Shown piece after piece: positions 15,085 through 27,723 of a stretch of 64,000 nucleotides of DNA. Location of the stretch: contig JAVKOQ020000010.1 in NCBI GenBank assembly GCA_031835245.2, forward strand, positions 124,001-188,000, given 5' to 3'. Source of the stretch: Balamuthia mandrillaris. Its lineage: Eukaryota. The position numbers and the translations under genes are program-made. The notes under the pieces are model-generated. The model had not been told where the DNA came from, did not search any database, and saw nothing but the letters and a program-made list of their open reading frames with translations. Within the stretch, counting starts at the first letter, position 1. Every line of letters starts with the position of its first letter.

Positions 15085-15755
15085 GGTTTAGAGGCCCTCT
15101 CTTTTGTCAACCAAAAATAAAGAATAAGGGCAGCTTATGTGGTCTGGGTTGCACAAAAGATGAAAAAAAACGAAAAGTTAAACACAATGGGCTTGCACAA
15201 AACTGCATGCACAGCAGAAAAAATGCGTTGTTGCAGCGAGGCAACAACCAGACGGAAAGATAAACAAGCAAAGAAAGTAGCAGCCTTACCAAAAGGGTTT
15301 GCAAGCTCGGTTGTGGTTACGGTTTTAAGGGGAAAAAAGGCAAGCGTGCGAGCTGCAGAACCTGTTGAATGGTGCTACAGTACGCTTGGCAACAACACAC
15401 AAGGTTTGGTGTTCTTGGAATACGGCAACCAACCCAGGCGTTTGCAATCTTTTTTTGCAGCTACCTTTTTTTCTCTCTCACTCTCTTCTTTTATTCGTTC
15501 CCTTTCTCTGCTGCTTCCTTTAATTTGTTTCTATGTTTTCTTGCCGCGAAAAATTTGTTTTTGGGTGAACGCCTTGCCAAGGACGACATGATAAAGGTTG
15601 ATGTCACAATCTTTCTATTCAAGACGACACGAGCCTAGGAACCCAAAAAAAAGGGGGAAAAAGACAAAGAAAGAGAGAAGGGGCCAAAAGGGAGCAACCG
15701 TGTTCTTGAAACGAGACAAACACAAGAAAGAAAGCAAAAACTTCAGAGGTTTTGT

Positions 15756-16654
15756 TTAAGATCTGGGCTTCTCCTTCTTGCCAGTCCACAGGGCGTAGAG
15801 ACCCACGTTGGCGACCTTGACGACCTTGAAGCGGACTCCCGGAATATCTCCGACAGCGTGACCCTTACGACCGAAACCAGCAATGAGAACTTCGTCCTTT
15901 TGGTTGTTAAGAGCGAAAGGGGGAAAATAGTCAGAAAAGAGAGAAACGAAAGAGGCAATGAATGAACGCACGTTCTCCTCCACGAAGTTCAAGCAACCGT
16001 CCCTAGGAACGAAGGCAGCGATCTTCTTGCCGTTCTTGATCAGCTGTACACGCACGCACTTACGGATGGCAGAGTTAGGCTGCTTAGCCTCAATACCCCT
16101 TTGGTCACGAACGAGCGGGTTAACAAAAGCGGAAAAAAGAGAGACGAGGAGAGTTCGTTTTGTCGAAATATATCTGATGGAAGAGAAAATACATACAACT
16201 TCTCCAACACGATTCCCTTAGCGTGAGAGGCACCTCCGAAGGGGTTAGCCTTCAAGGCAGTACCCAAGTGGGCCTTCTTGTAGGCCTTGTCAGCCCATCG
16301 CTGATTCCTGCGGTGTCTCTTGAGCTTGCGCGCAGCGCGAATTCCTCTTGGTTTGCTACAAGAGGGGGAAAACAGAAAGAGAATTAGAAACGATTTCTGG
16401 TTTCATCTCCCACACACAACAAAATTCCTCCGCGCGGAAAGCACAGAGTGAAACATCAAAATAACACAGTTATGAAAAGCACGGTTGAAAACTAAAAACC
16501 CAAACACAAAATCAAACTCCAAAAGTCACAAAACCACACCAAAATCACAAACAAAACCACAAAATCCTTCACTCCATCCCTCCCACAAAATCACACAAAC
16601 AGCGAGAGCAAAAATTTTCTTGGTGGGGTCAAAAAAAACGTACCCAGATCCCAT
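15756..16654 (-). CDS. RPS23: 40S ribosomal protein uS12/S23
   Basis: [27 protein letters not shown]...[30 protein letters not shown]...[18 protein letters not shown]...KKEKPRS. Four exons. Confidence 0.98.
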
Positions 16655-16792
16655 TTCCTGTGTTTGTGACGGCTGCTACGGCTCGACTTGGCTTTTTTTA
16701 AAGAACTGAGTAAAAAAAGAAATTGGGCTCAAAAAAAAAATTAACTTTTGCGGAATAAACTTGGAAGGTTTGCCCACAATGAGAAGGCACAA

Positions 16793-16801
16793 CATGTCGA
16801 C
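16793..16801 (+). promoter_or_regulatory. CATGTCGAC motif in the RPS23/G-patch divergent promoter
   Basis: Exact 9-mer that recurs in other upstream regions. Confidence 0.5.
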
Positions 16802-16901
16802 GAAAATGTAGGCATTGGTTCAGCCGCAACTCCGCCAAACTCCGTGAGAAAAGAAAAGAAGAAAGAGAAAGAACAGAAAAAAAAAGTAGCGGGAAAGGAA
16901 G

Positions 16902-18475
16902 ATGGCCAAATCGAAACGAGCGAGCTCTGGCGGTCGCTACTTTGCTCCTTCTTCTGGAGCGATGAAGGTTGGCAGCAGGCAGAGGTCTAGGAGCCTGCCT
17001 TCTTCGTCTGCTTCGTCGAAAGCGCGGCACGGCGTGCCGCTTCGGCGGGCTATACGGAAACAGCTGCACAAAGGGCCGGCTCATCGTACCGCCAAGCGTG
17101 GCACTAAACAACAACACAAAACATCAACTCATCGTGCTGCCAAGCGCGTAAGTGGTGGTTCCAGGAGAATGCCTTTCAAAGTTGTGAATCCAGGAGGAGG
17201 TGACCGCCATGCCTTTGCGGCTCGTTTTCGCTGGAAGTCAGAAAATCATCGCAAGATGTACTTGTTGCAAGAGAAAAAGGAAGCCGCCAAGAGACGTGCT
17301 CGCTTGGAACGAGAACGTCAAGAAGAGAGGGAATGGGAGGAGGCGTTATCCAGTTGTTCGCGATCAGAAAGACGTCCGCAGCGGTACCTACAGCTACCAT
17401 CCAGACGTAGAAGTGATTCTCAGCTCGTTCATGTAAGCGAGGAAGCTGCCATGGACTATCTTCAGGTTCCTTTTCCTTTCAAATTGCCTTCCGCTGTGGT
17501 CCTTTACGCATCGGACTTTCTAACTCACTTGTTTTCATTCTAAAAGAACACAGCCTTTTCTGAGAGTTGCGCACAGCCAGCCACGTTGTGGTCTCCCACC
17601 AACCTCTACGAGAATTATGACTTTTCAGAGGACTACTCGGGCACAGATACGGATGGGGATGAAGAAGAAGAATCGTACGATGAATACGAAGATGGATTCG
17701 ATGAAGCAGAGGAGAAACAATTGGGAAGAGAGTTGGTAGATATGGCCTCGTTGTATGAGCTGCCAGAGGTCATCGTGCTGAATGATGAGGAGGACGATGG
17801 AAAAAACAAACAGGAGAGCAAACAGGAGGCAACAACTAACTATATTTACGTCGAAGATGAAGAACGCAGCGATGAACTGGCGCCAGCATGGCGGTTGGAC
17901 TTTGAAGGCGAACGAGAACTGGAACAAAGCACCCAACAGGAGTTTCTCTTTGATCGTGTGCTCAACGGAAGATTTCGTAATGATGATGAAAAACAAGAAG
18001 AAGAAGAAGAAATGGAAAACAAAGTGGAAGCTACTGGTGGAGGAGAAGTTGTGCCCTTTGTGGAAGGCTCGGGGAGCCGAGAGAACCAACGGACGCCGCA
18101 TCGTTCTCACCAAAATTCAAGAAAAAAGCGAGTTTCGTCCAAAGACAGATACAGTAAGAAGGAGGTGGCGGACCCATCTGCCATCATGACCGTGTCATGG
18201 ATGAATTACACCATTCGAACTTTTGTGGGAAGCAGCTTGCCGAGGTACTTTAGACTCTTCGATGCTTTATTTTTTCTTCTCGGTCAAATCACTAACTGTT
18301 CATTTGCCTTACTAGTTTACAATTACCTGCTATGTCCGGCGAACACTTACGTATGGTCAGAAGTCTCGCTGAGGCTTACCAGCTGCAAGAAACCTACAGC
18401 CTTGCCGCTGCCGGAGAGGATTGTGCGCCCACCTTGACCAAAACAAAACGGTCTTGCTATCCTTCCTCAAGTAAT

Positions 18476-18511
<36 letters not shown>

Positions 18512-19061
18512 TCTCCACTTTCTAATAACTCAATTTCTTGCAGATCGTTTGAACAAGATTATCAGTTCTTTTGAAGACATTGCCATCCTCAACAAGAAAA
18601 AGCTATCCAAAAAGAAAGGAAAAGGAGGCTCCAGCTCGACTCCAACTAGCAAGCGTCACAGATCTTCTCCGAAAAGCCACGAGCATCGTCACCGCCGAGC
18701 CACCACCTCTCCCTCTTTTTTCCGCAACAAGAAAAAGAGCAGCACGAATGAACGCTCGCCTTCACATTCAAGGCCAGCAATACCATCCCGCCCTCTTTCT
18801 GTTCGCGAGATGGATGGGCACGTGGTGGGCGGGTACGCTCCTCCTTTGGGTATTAACAACATTGGCAATAGACTGTTGCGAAGCATGGGATGGAGCGGGG
18901 GTGCCCTCGGTAATCTACTAGCCGCTTTTCTCTCTTTGTGCCTCTCTTCCTACTGACCATTCCTCACTGCATGACTTGTTACCCGGCCAGGCAAAAGGGG
19001 CATAACTGAACCTATCACTACCACTGTCAAGAATAACAAGTTTGGTCTCGGCTTTGGTTGA
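16902..19061 (+). CDS. R3H-like plus G-patch domain protein (Sqs1/Pfa1/GPATCH2-like)
   Basis: C-terminal G-patch NNIGNRLLRSMGWSGGALG|KRGITEPI...KFGLGFG*. R3H-like exon LPAMSGEHLRMVRSLAEAYQL. Basic N-terminus and acidic middle. Confidence 0.75.
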
Positions 19062-19338
19062 ACCTGGTGATGGTAACAACCAGAAATGTTTTTGATGTTC
19101 TCCCATAAGGGGAACTCTGTGGCCACGCCTGTTCTTTTCAGAGGCCATACTTTGTAGTGGCCCACAGGCAGGAAGCTCATGCAAACAGGGAAAGGCTGAA
19201 AAGAAAACGTTTGCTTGGAAACTAAGGAGGCACAAAGGATTCATTTTTTTTTTACATATTAAAACAATAATGTTATATGCACTAAGGCCTTAGGTGGCCT
19301 TACATGCACTGTGAAAAGAAAAGAGGTTGCGATCCGTG

Positions 19339-20685
19339 TTAGGAGGATAAGTTCTCTGAAGGGTACTTGCTGACGGTTCGAGGCTTGAGGGGTAAAGTCT
19401 CAGACATTATTGCGTCAATGTGTTGCTGCACCTGTTCTCGGTTGTGAGGCCTGTTGGCGAAGTAGTCTATCACCAAGAGAATATCACGGCAACAGGAGGG
19501 GCGTCCTGCCAGATTTGAAGTGGCACACCATTCGAACAGACGTTCCAGGAGAGGAGGCGTATCATGTGGGAAAGGGGGGAACCTTGCCTCGTTCTGCTTG
19601 ATGGCCGAAAGGATCCGATAAGGGGTTCGGTAGCAAGCGAAGGGCTCCTTGAAGGAGATTAAGAACCCCAACAGTGCACCCAAGGAAAAGAGGTCGCTGC
19701 GTTTCGTGAAGAGCACTTCGTCTCCCTCTCTTAAGCCCTCGGCCACTTCTGGCGAAGCGTAGGCTGCTGTGCCTTTTGCTCGACCGGCAGTCCCACCGGT
19801 AGAAGCCACCGAGGAGCAGTCGAATGTGTCCTTGACTCGTTGTTCACTGAATGCAAAGTCGGTGATAACAAGGCTGCTAATGGCAGTGTCAAGGGTAAGA
19901 GCTTCATCTGTATCAAGCCACAACAAAAAGTTTTTTGGCTTGATGTCGCTATGCAGGTGACCTTTTTGGCCGAGCGAGTGCAAGGCATCAACGCACTCTA
20001 CACACCGCAGAAAGATTCGCAGCCGGTGCTCATAAGTAAGTTCATCCTGGTAGTGCAAAACGAATCGATGGAGGTCGAAGCGATAGAAAGGCATTACTAG
20101 GCCAATGCTGCGATTGTCTCCAATGGCGAGACCATCTAGAGAAACGCAGAGCGGTTGCGTTGTGGTGTTTTTACCAAGTTGAGAAAGAAGTAGGATTTCT
20201 TGCAGATACGCTTTTTCCTTGCGCACGGTATCACTATCTTCTTCTGTCTCTTCCACGTCTATCCGATCGATGTAAACGTTGAGAAACTTAACTGCCTTCA
20301 TTTGGTCCTCGATGACTGCCTTCATAACTGAGCCAGAGCAACCCCGCCCGACCCTGTTGGCCCATTGTTGTACACGAAGTACTGGGACTCCAAAAACATG
20401 TCCTCCTCTTGGGCTGTTCATTTGTGACATCACCTTGAGAGCGAAAGAGAGTGTGCCCCAAGTCCTATTGAAAAGGCCATTTTTGTCCTCGCTGATCATT
20501 TTCGTTAGGCGATGCAGCTGTGTGGCAGACAAAAGATCCAGGTTGCGCTCTATCTGTTGCATCAAATATATGCGGTTGTCGAAGGAATATTCAGTTGCTA
20601 ACTGGGTTATGAGTTGGTCAAAAGACTCTCCCGTCTCTTCCTCCTTCTCAACACGCCCTCTCTTCCTGCCTTCTCGTTGCTCCAT
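19339..20685 (-). CDS. Intronless protein kinase (448 aa)
   Basis: Single ORF with VGRGCSGSV, AVK, HSDIKPKNFLL, DFA, GTAAYASPE and SDLFSLG. Confidence 0.88.
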   Translation of the reverse strand: MEQREGRKRGRVEKEEETGESFDQLITQLATEYSFDNRIYLMQQIERNLDLLSATQLHRLTKMISEDKNGLFNRTWGTLSFALKVMSQMNSPRGGHVFGVPVLRVQQWANRVGRGCSGSVMKAVIEDQMKAVKFLNVYIDRIDVEETEEDSDTVRKEKAYLQEILLLSQLGKNTTTQPLCVSLDGLAIGDNRSIGLVMPFYRFDLHRFVLHYQDELTYEHRLRIFLRCVECVDALHSLGQKGHLHSDIKPKNFLLWLDTDEALTLDTAISSLVITDFAFSEQRVKDTFDCSSVASTGGTAGRAKGTAAYASPEVAEGLREGDEVLFTKRSDLFSLGALLGFLISFKEPFACYRTPYRILSAIKQNEARFPPFPHDTPPLLERLFEWCATSNLAGRPSCCRDILLVIDYFANRPHNREQVQQHIDAIMSETLPLKPRTVSKYPSENLSS

Positions 20686-20781
20686 CTGGCTGTTTCTTTT
20701 TGTTACTGTTTGATTGGAGGACGTCTTTGCCCAAATAAAAAATTATAAAATTTCTTGTAATTTTTTTGAAAACCTGAATCA

Positions 20782-23593
20782 TTATTTGTCATAACGGTCA
20801 TCGGTGGAATGCTCGCCATCGTCGTTGCTGTCGCTGTTGGTGTCGCTATCTCCCAGAGCTGAGGAAGAGTTCCGCAAGAATGAAGCTGGTGTATCCTCTC
20901 GAGAGGATTCGATGTCCTCCTTCTGCTCCTTGATGACATCATAGGAAGCCTTCGGTCTTACCGTGACCAAAGAGAGTGCCGTCAACACAACGAAGGCCAC
21001 CGCCATGGACGCTACTATCAATCCATACAATATCCAAAAGGCCATCGCCGGTTCTAGAATGGTGAAGCCAATGCAGATGTTGACAACCGCCAGAAGTAAG
21101 CCCATTCTGCCAAACCAAAAGTGGAACAAGGCCCAGGCGCTTCGCCATCTATGCTCCTTGCCCGGTCGCAAGAAACCAGCCAACATCACTGCTGCTCCGA
21201 TAGACATGACGGTGAAGCCAATTCCCATGTGAGTGGTGTGAGTCCCAGAGCCAGCCGTAAGCCCAAGCGACAGAGCTACGAACGTCATTAGCAGACCGAG
21301 CACTTGGAAGACTCGGTGCAAATGGAACCACAAGGGGTCATAACGTTTGAAGAACCTTGGCCAGAACGTGCCCAGAGGAAGCAAGACGCCCCAACCAAGC
21401 GCCATGAAGAGCCCATGTAGCTTTAGCTTCAGTTGAGGGCTTTCATAGACGTGTACGCTACCGCTAGCAAAGTCGATAGAACCTGATCCAAAGTTTGTGT
21501 GGTGGTATGCTGGTCCTTGTCCTGTCCAAGCGCCTGTGGCATAAACCACGTCATGTTTGTCGCCAACGATGCCAAGCAACGTGACAAAGGCGGTCAACTG
21601 TGCGCCATCGCTGACCACCGTTTTGTTGGTGACGTTCAGAGCATCGTCGTCTTTGTTGGCTCCTCTGGGCGAGCCCAGCAGACGATACGCAAAGACATCC
21701 GCTTCAGCATGCGATGCAATCAAGACGTTGGAGCCAACCATCTTTCCTGCAGTCTTGGCGAAGCCGTATCCCAGCCATCCCTCCACGTTATCCATTTGAA
21801 AGGCCATCGCGAGGTCCCCATTGTCATGGCGAGTCCAGAAAACCTTGAGCTTTTGATCATTGAGAGGAAGCTCGGAGCAATGTGTGAAGCTGCGAGTGAT
21901 GTCTCCTGCAGAAACATTGCAGGAATGAGGGTTTGGCGTAGGATGAGTTGAGCCTTGGCACGTCGAAAGAGGGTTTGGTCCTTTGCAGGTTGGTTGAGGC
22001 AGAGTTTCCATCATCGCCGGAAGCACGCCCATATCATCGGTGCTATTTCCAGGGTTAGGTCTTAGAATGACATTATCGCCACAGAGGGTAAAGTTGCCAA
22101 CATCGTTCCGTGAGTAAAAGCCGCAAAGGAAGACATGGTTCAGGTTTTCTTTTGGCCACACAAACATAAAGTTGAAAAGCATCTCCATGTCGGAAGCATC
22201 GCCGAACTGCACCGGATGCTCCAGCTTGGAAGTGTCATACACACCATGAAGGTTGAGTTTGTCGCCAATGTCGATAGTGTAGAGGGTGGAGTGGGTCATG
22301 GTGACTTGCTGGAATCCAAAATTCCAATAGTCGATCCTGCCCACCACGCTGGGAGCGCTGTCACCAATGGAAGAAGTTTTGGTCATATAAATCTGTCTTC
22401 CGACGGAGTGCATGTGAAGAAACGAGCCAAATACATTCAAAGAACCTGTAAAGGTGTTGGTGCAGGCGCTTGGGCATGATACCTCATAGTGGAATGCAGA
22501 CTGGCCTGCAGGTATGGGAGCTAGATTTATTCCAATATCTCCCACAGTTAAAGAGGTCGCCTCGTGCTGACGAGTCGACAGGTCCTTGGTAAAATGCAAG
22601 CGCACCCCCGAAGAGTCCACCACACCGCTCTGCTTGGGCATGCCGGGATTGTCATAATGAATCTCCAAGATCAGGTACTGCATGTGCTGTTCCCCAATCC
22701 TCATTCCAACATCGTCGGGTAGTAGCATGGAACCACCACCGACCGCCCATCCAAACATCAACGACATGCAGGGCTTGTGGCCGAGGGGAGATATACCGTA
22801 CATGTCCCCTTCCGCTGGCCCTCCACTACAAACGTTGTGTCCAGGATAGTGCATGGCCACGATGTCGGACATGGAGGCACCGTTTCCACAACCGTGTAAC
22901 AGCATGTGGTGGACATGCTTGTCTTTGACGACGGGCTCCATAAACACGACGTTTCTCGAGCCAGGTCCTATGAGCTCAGTGACGTTGAAGCTGCGGCAAA
23001 TGTACTGGGTCGTGGCTGTGTCAGATACAGCGTACGCGTCCATGAGCAGTTCCACGGAGGAGACAGCATCCTCTGGAGGGCTAGTGTGTGTAGGTCCGTT
23101 CAAAGAAAAGTCGATAGCAGTTGCTCCACGCCGCTTGGAGTGATAGGAAACAGTGTCTCCCGAGGCAGACCACGCGTAGACCACCCGCTGAAGCCCTCCG
23201 GAGGGAAAGATGGGGCGGTCTTGTGGGTCCGCTGTGTCGAGCGCTCGTCGGACGATGACCGTAGTGTGGCCGTCCTCTTGCTTACCAAACAGCACCTCCC
23301 AATGCGAACAGTTGTCCAACTCGGGAAATGGCATGGGGTCAGCTTGCAAAGGATAAGCAGCCCAAGGCACATGGCGATCCTTTTCATCGTATGTTTGGTT
23401 ATTCACAGGTTGTTGTTCTGTGGCCTGATGGCAAATAAAACAAACAGCAATAAGAAAAAAAAATCTCCACAAACCTCTGCTACAGTAGTGCCGTCTAGGT
23501 CATTCACGTATGCAGTCACAATGTCAGCTCCCAACATCGATCCTGAGGTTTGTTCGGCCAGTCCGAAGCCCAGCCAACCCGTTACCTATTCTC

Positions 23594-23661
<68 letters not shown>

Positions 23662-23941
23662 GACAAACCACCTGTTATAAAAAACAAGGACTAGGAGAGG
23701 AGTGGAACAAGCTGCAAACCTGGGCGCTAAGTTTGAGTGTCAACGCGTTGTTGGCGAGCTTCCACGATACCTGGTAGTGGCTGTCCTCGTCGAGCAGCAT
23801 GGAGCCCGTGAACCCAATGTCCGGCTCCTCCACGCATTCCTTGGGTGGCACCTCGTCTGCTAGACAGCAACTCGCCAGAGTCAGGACACTGAGCGCGAGC
23901 AACGCACACAAGGCCTTCGGCTCATGAATTGTGGCCCACAT
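20782..23941 (-). CDS. Signal peptide + DOMON + copper type II ascorbate-dependent monooxygenase (DBH/MOXD1-like) + DOMON + cytochrome b561 fusion
   Basis: Three exons. First DOMON: VTGWLGFGLAEQTSGSMLGADIV. Cu ligands: HVHHMLLH, LEIHYDN, FLHMH, DMEM. Second DOMON: GWLGYGF...KMVGS...YHH. b561 His motifs: LHGLFM, WFHLHRVFQ, THMGIG, FHFWFGR. Confidence 0.9.
23593..23661. repeat. (CAA)n microsatellite in intron 1 of the monooxygenase fusion
   Basis: Perfect trinucleotide run next to the 3' splice site; reads (TTG)n on the sense strand. Confidence 0.95.
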
Positions 23942-24719
23942 TCTCACCCCAAAACGCTGTGGGGTAGAAGCCTTTCAAGCAAAGCTTTTTTTGGCTTTTG
24001 GGGCTCCATTCATTCATTATAGAAAACAGCTCCTCGGGAATTAATCTTACTTACTTATTAAAGCAGCAAGCGGCTAAAATATCTACAAAAACCCTTATTT
24101 GGATGGAAGCTTGCATACGTAATGCAAATTATTAACTGGCAATCTAAATCCAATAAACTCATCGCTTTATTGCAGTTATATTTCATCCAAACAAATAAGG
24201 GCTGGGAAGCGAAACGGGTGCTTGTTCATTTTTTTTTAAAACCCCGTTTAGAAATTTTGAATAATCGACCATATATTCTGATAAATTTCCTTACTTATAG
24301 AAACGGGGAATGATTGCTTCGCCCCGAATGACGTCATCCCCTACAGCACAGCAGCAGCACAGACCGTGCAGCATGAGATGAAAGCCATCACCGCTGCTAC
24401 TACTACTCTATTCTATTTTAAGGGAGCGGCTAGCCACAGCACAGACGAAAGAAGCGCCCAGAGGTGCACCAGCACAACACACACACACACACCAAACCCA
24501 CCAAAACTACGTGGCAGACAGACGACTGAACACCCCCAAACACAGTGTAAAGCAACGTTAGGTTAGGTGGCAGGCACACTAGTTGGTTTCTTTCTGTCTT
24601 TTTTCTGTAGTTTCTTTGCTTCCCCCCTCACTCTCACTCGCTCACTCGCTCACTCGCATCCTTTGCTTCTGAATTTTTTTTTTAAGAAAAACCAAAACAA
24701 AACAGGATTTATGTAGTAG

Positions 24720-26904
24720 ATGGAGGTGGACAGTGGCAAACACAAACAAAAAGCAAAGTCTCCACGAGGAGGAGGAGGAGCAAAACAAAAGAGTGCTGGC
24801 AGGAGCAACTCGCCACCACCCCCAACAGGGAAAGAAGAGTCTGCCACGACCACAGCAGTGCTGCCCACTGTCACCATCCAGGAAGCTCCTCGCGTTCACC
24901 ATGTACATACTAACAACAACAATGACGACGACACAAAGCAAACATACAAAGACGCAAAGGAAGAAAACGAAGAAGCAGAGATGGAGGAGATAAGAGGAGC
25001 CAAAGCGCCCAGGCGGAGTCTGGACTCCAGCCTCCAAGCAGAGAGCAACAAACGGCGGTACAAGCACAGCAGGAAGAAGAGCCTTGACTCTGCCCTCCAC
25101 TCTGGCATCGGCAAGGTCAAGCGTCAGAACGGCAAGGTGGCTGAGAAACGCAGCTCGCCGGACCTGGAGTCGCTGCACTTGGAAGAGGAGCAGCGCAGCA
25201 AGAGCCCCAAAAGCAAGAAGAAGGGCAAGAAGCCCACCCACAGAAAGGCCAGCGCTGAGGACGGCACTCGCTCCGCTCCCCTCTTAGGAACAGGCCAATC
25301 CGGAACCTCAGAGAAGCAGAGCTCGAGCAAGTCACGCACTACAAAAAAGAACCGAAACGTACACCACTATTTCGTTTTGCGCAGTACGCTCTATGCTCTC
25401 CATTTTCTCACCTCTCTCTCCATCTCTTCATGTTTGGCATTTTGTTGTTTTTCGTCCTCCTCTTTCTCACGAATGTTCGTTGATACTCAGTTGAAGAGGC
25501 TAAGAATTTGCGAAAGTCAGACATGCTATTAGGTGAGTAACAAGCACGCATTGTTATCAACAAACGAGTATCCTCATCTGACATACATACATTCATTTCA
25601 TTTTGTGGGCAGGACGTTCCGATCCATACTGCTACTTTGATATCATTCCAGCAGGAATTATAGGAGCCCGAACTGCTACCATAAGACGGACTCTAAACCC
25701 TCAGTGGCGAGAACAGTTTGTTGGGTATGATATCGATCTTGAGAGGAGAGGACATTGAGGTGAAGAGGATAGAAATGGAATTATGGCTGAGACTTGTTTT
25801 TTAAAAAAAACAGACATAGGTATTTTGGATTGGATGGAGAGCCAAAGCCAAAGAGTTTTGTGATTACAGTAATGGATTACAATTCTCTTTCTGCAGATGC
25901 TTTCCTTGGGAAAGCTACCATTCCCTTTACGGAAAGCTTTGATCGGTGGTTTCCTCTAGAAGGAGAGAGGGCGGAGGGCAAAATACGGATAGTTCTAACA
26001 TTTTTCACTAGCGAGGTTTGTCTGCCATTATATCGTTTTATCTTTTTCTTGTTGTTCTTGTTCTTCTTGTTCTTCTTGTTCTTGTTCTTCTTCTTGTTCT
26101 TCTTGTTCTTGTTCTTCTTCTTCTTGTTCTTGTTCTTCTTCTTGTTCTTCTTCTTCTTCTCTTCTTTTTCTTCTTCCTCCTTAGATATAGGTTATATCTC
26201 CACTATAGGATGGGCGGGAATTAGCCAAGATTTTGAAAGAAGAGACTGATATACAAAGTATGGAACACAAATGGGCAGAGGCTGTGAACGCGCTAAACGA
26301 GCGTTCAGAGGACTCACAACAAACAAAACGGTCGGCAGCGGGTGAGAGCGAGGCGGCCGGAACAAGCACAGAGGAGCCCGCAGAAGGAGTGGAAGATAAT
26401 GGAAGGCCATGCATTCCCGTGTGGGACATGCCATGCTTCCTTTCCATAGATAAGATATGGACTCCCTTCCAATATGCTGTCTCCAAAGACAACATGGCGC
26501 TGGCTTCCTTCCTCGCCAAGGAATGCTCCTGCAACATCAACGCAAGGGACCAAACAGGCAATACAGCACTCCATATTGCTGCTGTTAAGAGATTAAATGT
26601 ACGTGCTGAATTTACTTTCTCTTTTTCTTTCTCTCTATTGCTCTCTTCACAACTTTGCATTTAAATATTCTCAAACTTTTTGTTTTGTTGGGTGGATGCA
26701 GAGCCTCATCAAATACCTTATACGGCTTGGCGTAGATCCCAAGGTTCGTTCACCTGTACAAGAACTTGCATATGTCTTAATCGCGCAACTCACCACCTTC
26801 TTCTCTCCTCCTTTAAGGCCGCGAACTACTTGGGCGGAAAGGACTACAAAGCAATGCTAGTGATGTACCAAGACGAGGAGGAGGAAGGGAGCTTCTATCT
26901 TTAG
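24720..26904 (+). CDS. Protein with disordered basic N-terminus, C2 domain and ankyrin repeats
   Basis: Spliced C2: YFVLR|IEEAKNLRKSDMLL|GRSDPYCYF...TLNPQW...ITVMDYNSLSADAFLGKATIP. Ankyrin: TPFQYAV...NINARDQTGNTALHIAA. Confidence 0.8.
26048..26178. repeat. Degenerate (TTC/TTG)n intronic repeat
   Basis: Low-complexity run in the C2-ankyrin gene intron. Confidence 0.9.
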
Positions 26905-26972
26905 CACCACACACACACAAAAATCACCAAACATTCATGAGGGGCATTGCGCGAGGAGTCTTATTCATTTGT

Positions 26973-26986
26973 CATGTCGACGTGAA
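26973..26986 (+). promoter_or_regulatory. CATGTCGACgtGAA motif upstream of SUMO
   Basis: Recurrent intergenic motif. Confidence 0.5.
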
Positions 26987-27180
26987 TATCGTAGTCGATA
27001 AAAGGCAAAGTTTAACCAAAAAAAAATATTCTTCCACGATTTTTTTTGCCCCAACCAAAAAGAAAAACTCCTTTATTCAACAACAACGGTAAGAAGGAGC
27101 TTGGCTCAGATTCTTCCTGCCACTGCAGCGGTTTTACGGAACTTCCAGGTAGAGAGCGTCAACGTAGCAACAAAAAAATA

Positions 27181-27723
27181 ATGTCGCAAGAAGGAGAATC
27201 GCAGCCACAAGCAACCCAAGATCACATCTCTCTGAAAGTAGTGAGCCAGGTTGGTCTGATTATTTTCAAGCACCTGTCGCCACCGACAATCCTTTTTTTT
27301 TTCCCCTTGTTTGTTGGTATGATGGTTGTTAAAAACGTATGTACATCCGCATTCAGGATGGAAATGAGGTGTACTTCAAAATCAAGCGCAACACTGCACT
27401 GAAGAAGCTGATGGATGCTTATTGTTCTCGCCAAGCCATGAGCCCTGATTCTGTTCGTTTCTTGTATGATGGTTCTAGGGTACAACCTGATCAGACACCC
27501 AAAGAGGTTCGACTAACACTCCCTCAACTGCTAACGAAAACTTTGCACCACTAATACCCTCCCCTTTGATTTTTAATAAACAGCTTGGAATGGAAGAAGG
27601 AGACATTATCGATGCAGGTTCGTCTACACTGTCACTCACCACGCTCTCTCACTTTCTGGCGGCTTACGTTTGTTTTTTTTTTTCTTCAAACGTGTAGTGC
27701 TGCAACAAACCGGAGGCTGCTAA
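27181..27723 (+). CDS. SUMO: SUMO (small ubiquitin-like modifier)
   Basis: HISLKVVSQ|DGNEVYFKIKRNTALKKLMDAYC...RFLYDG...TPKE|LGMEEGDIIDA|VLQQTGGC*. Confidence 0.97.
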
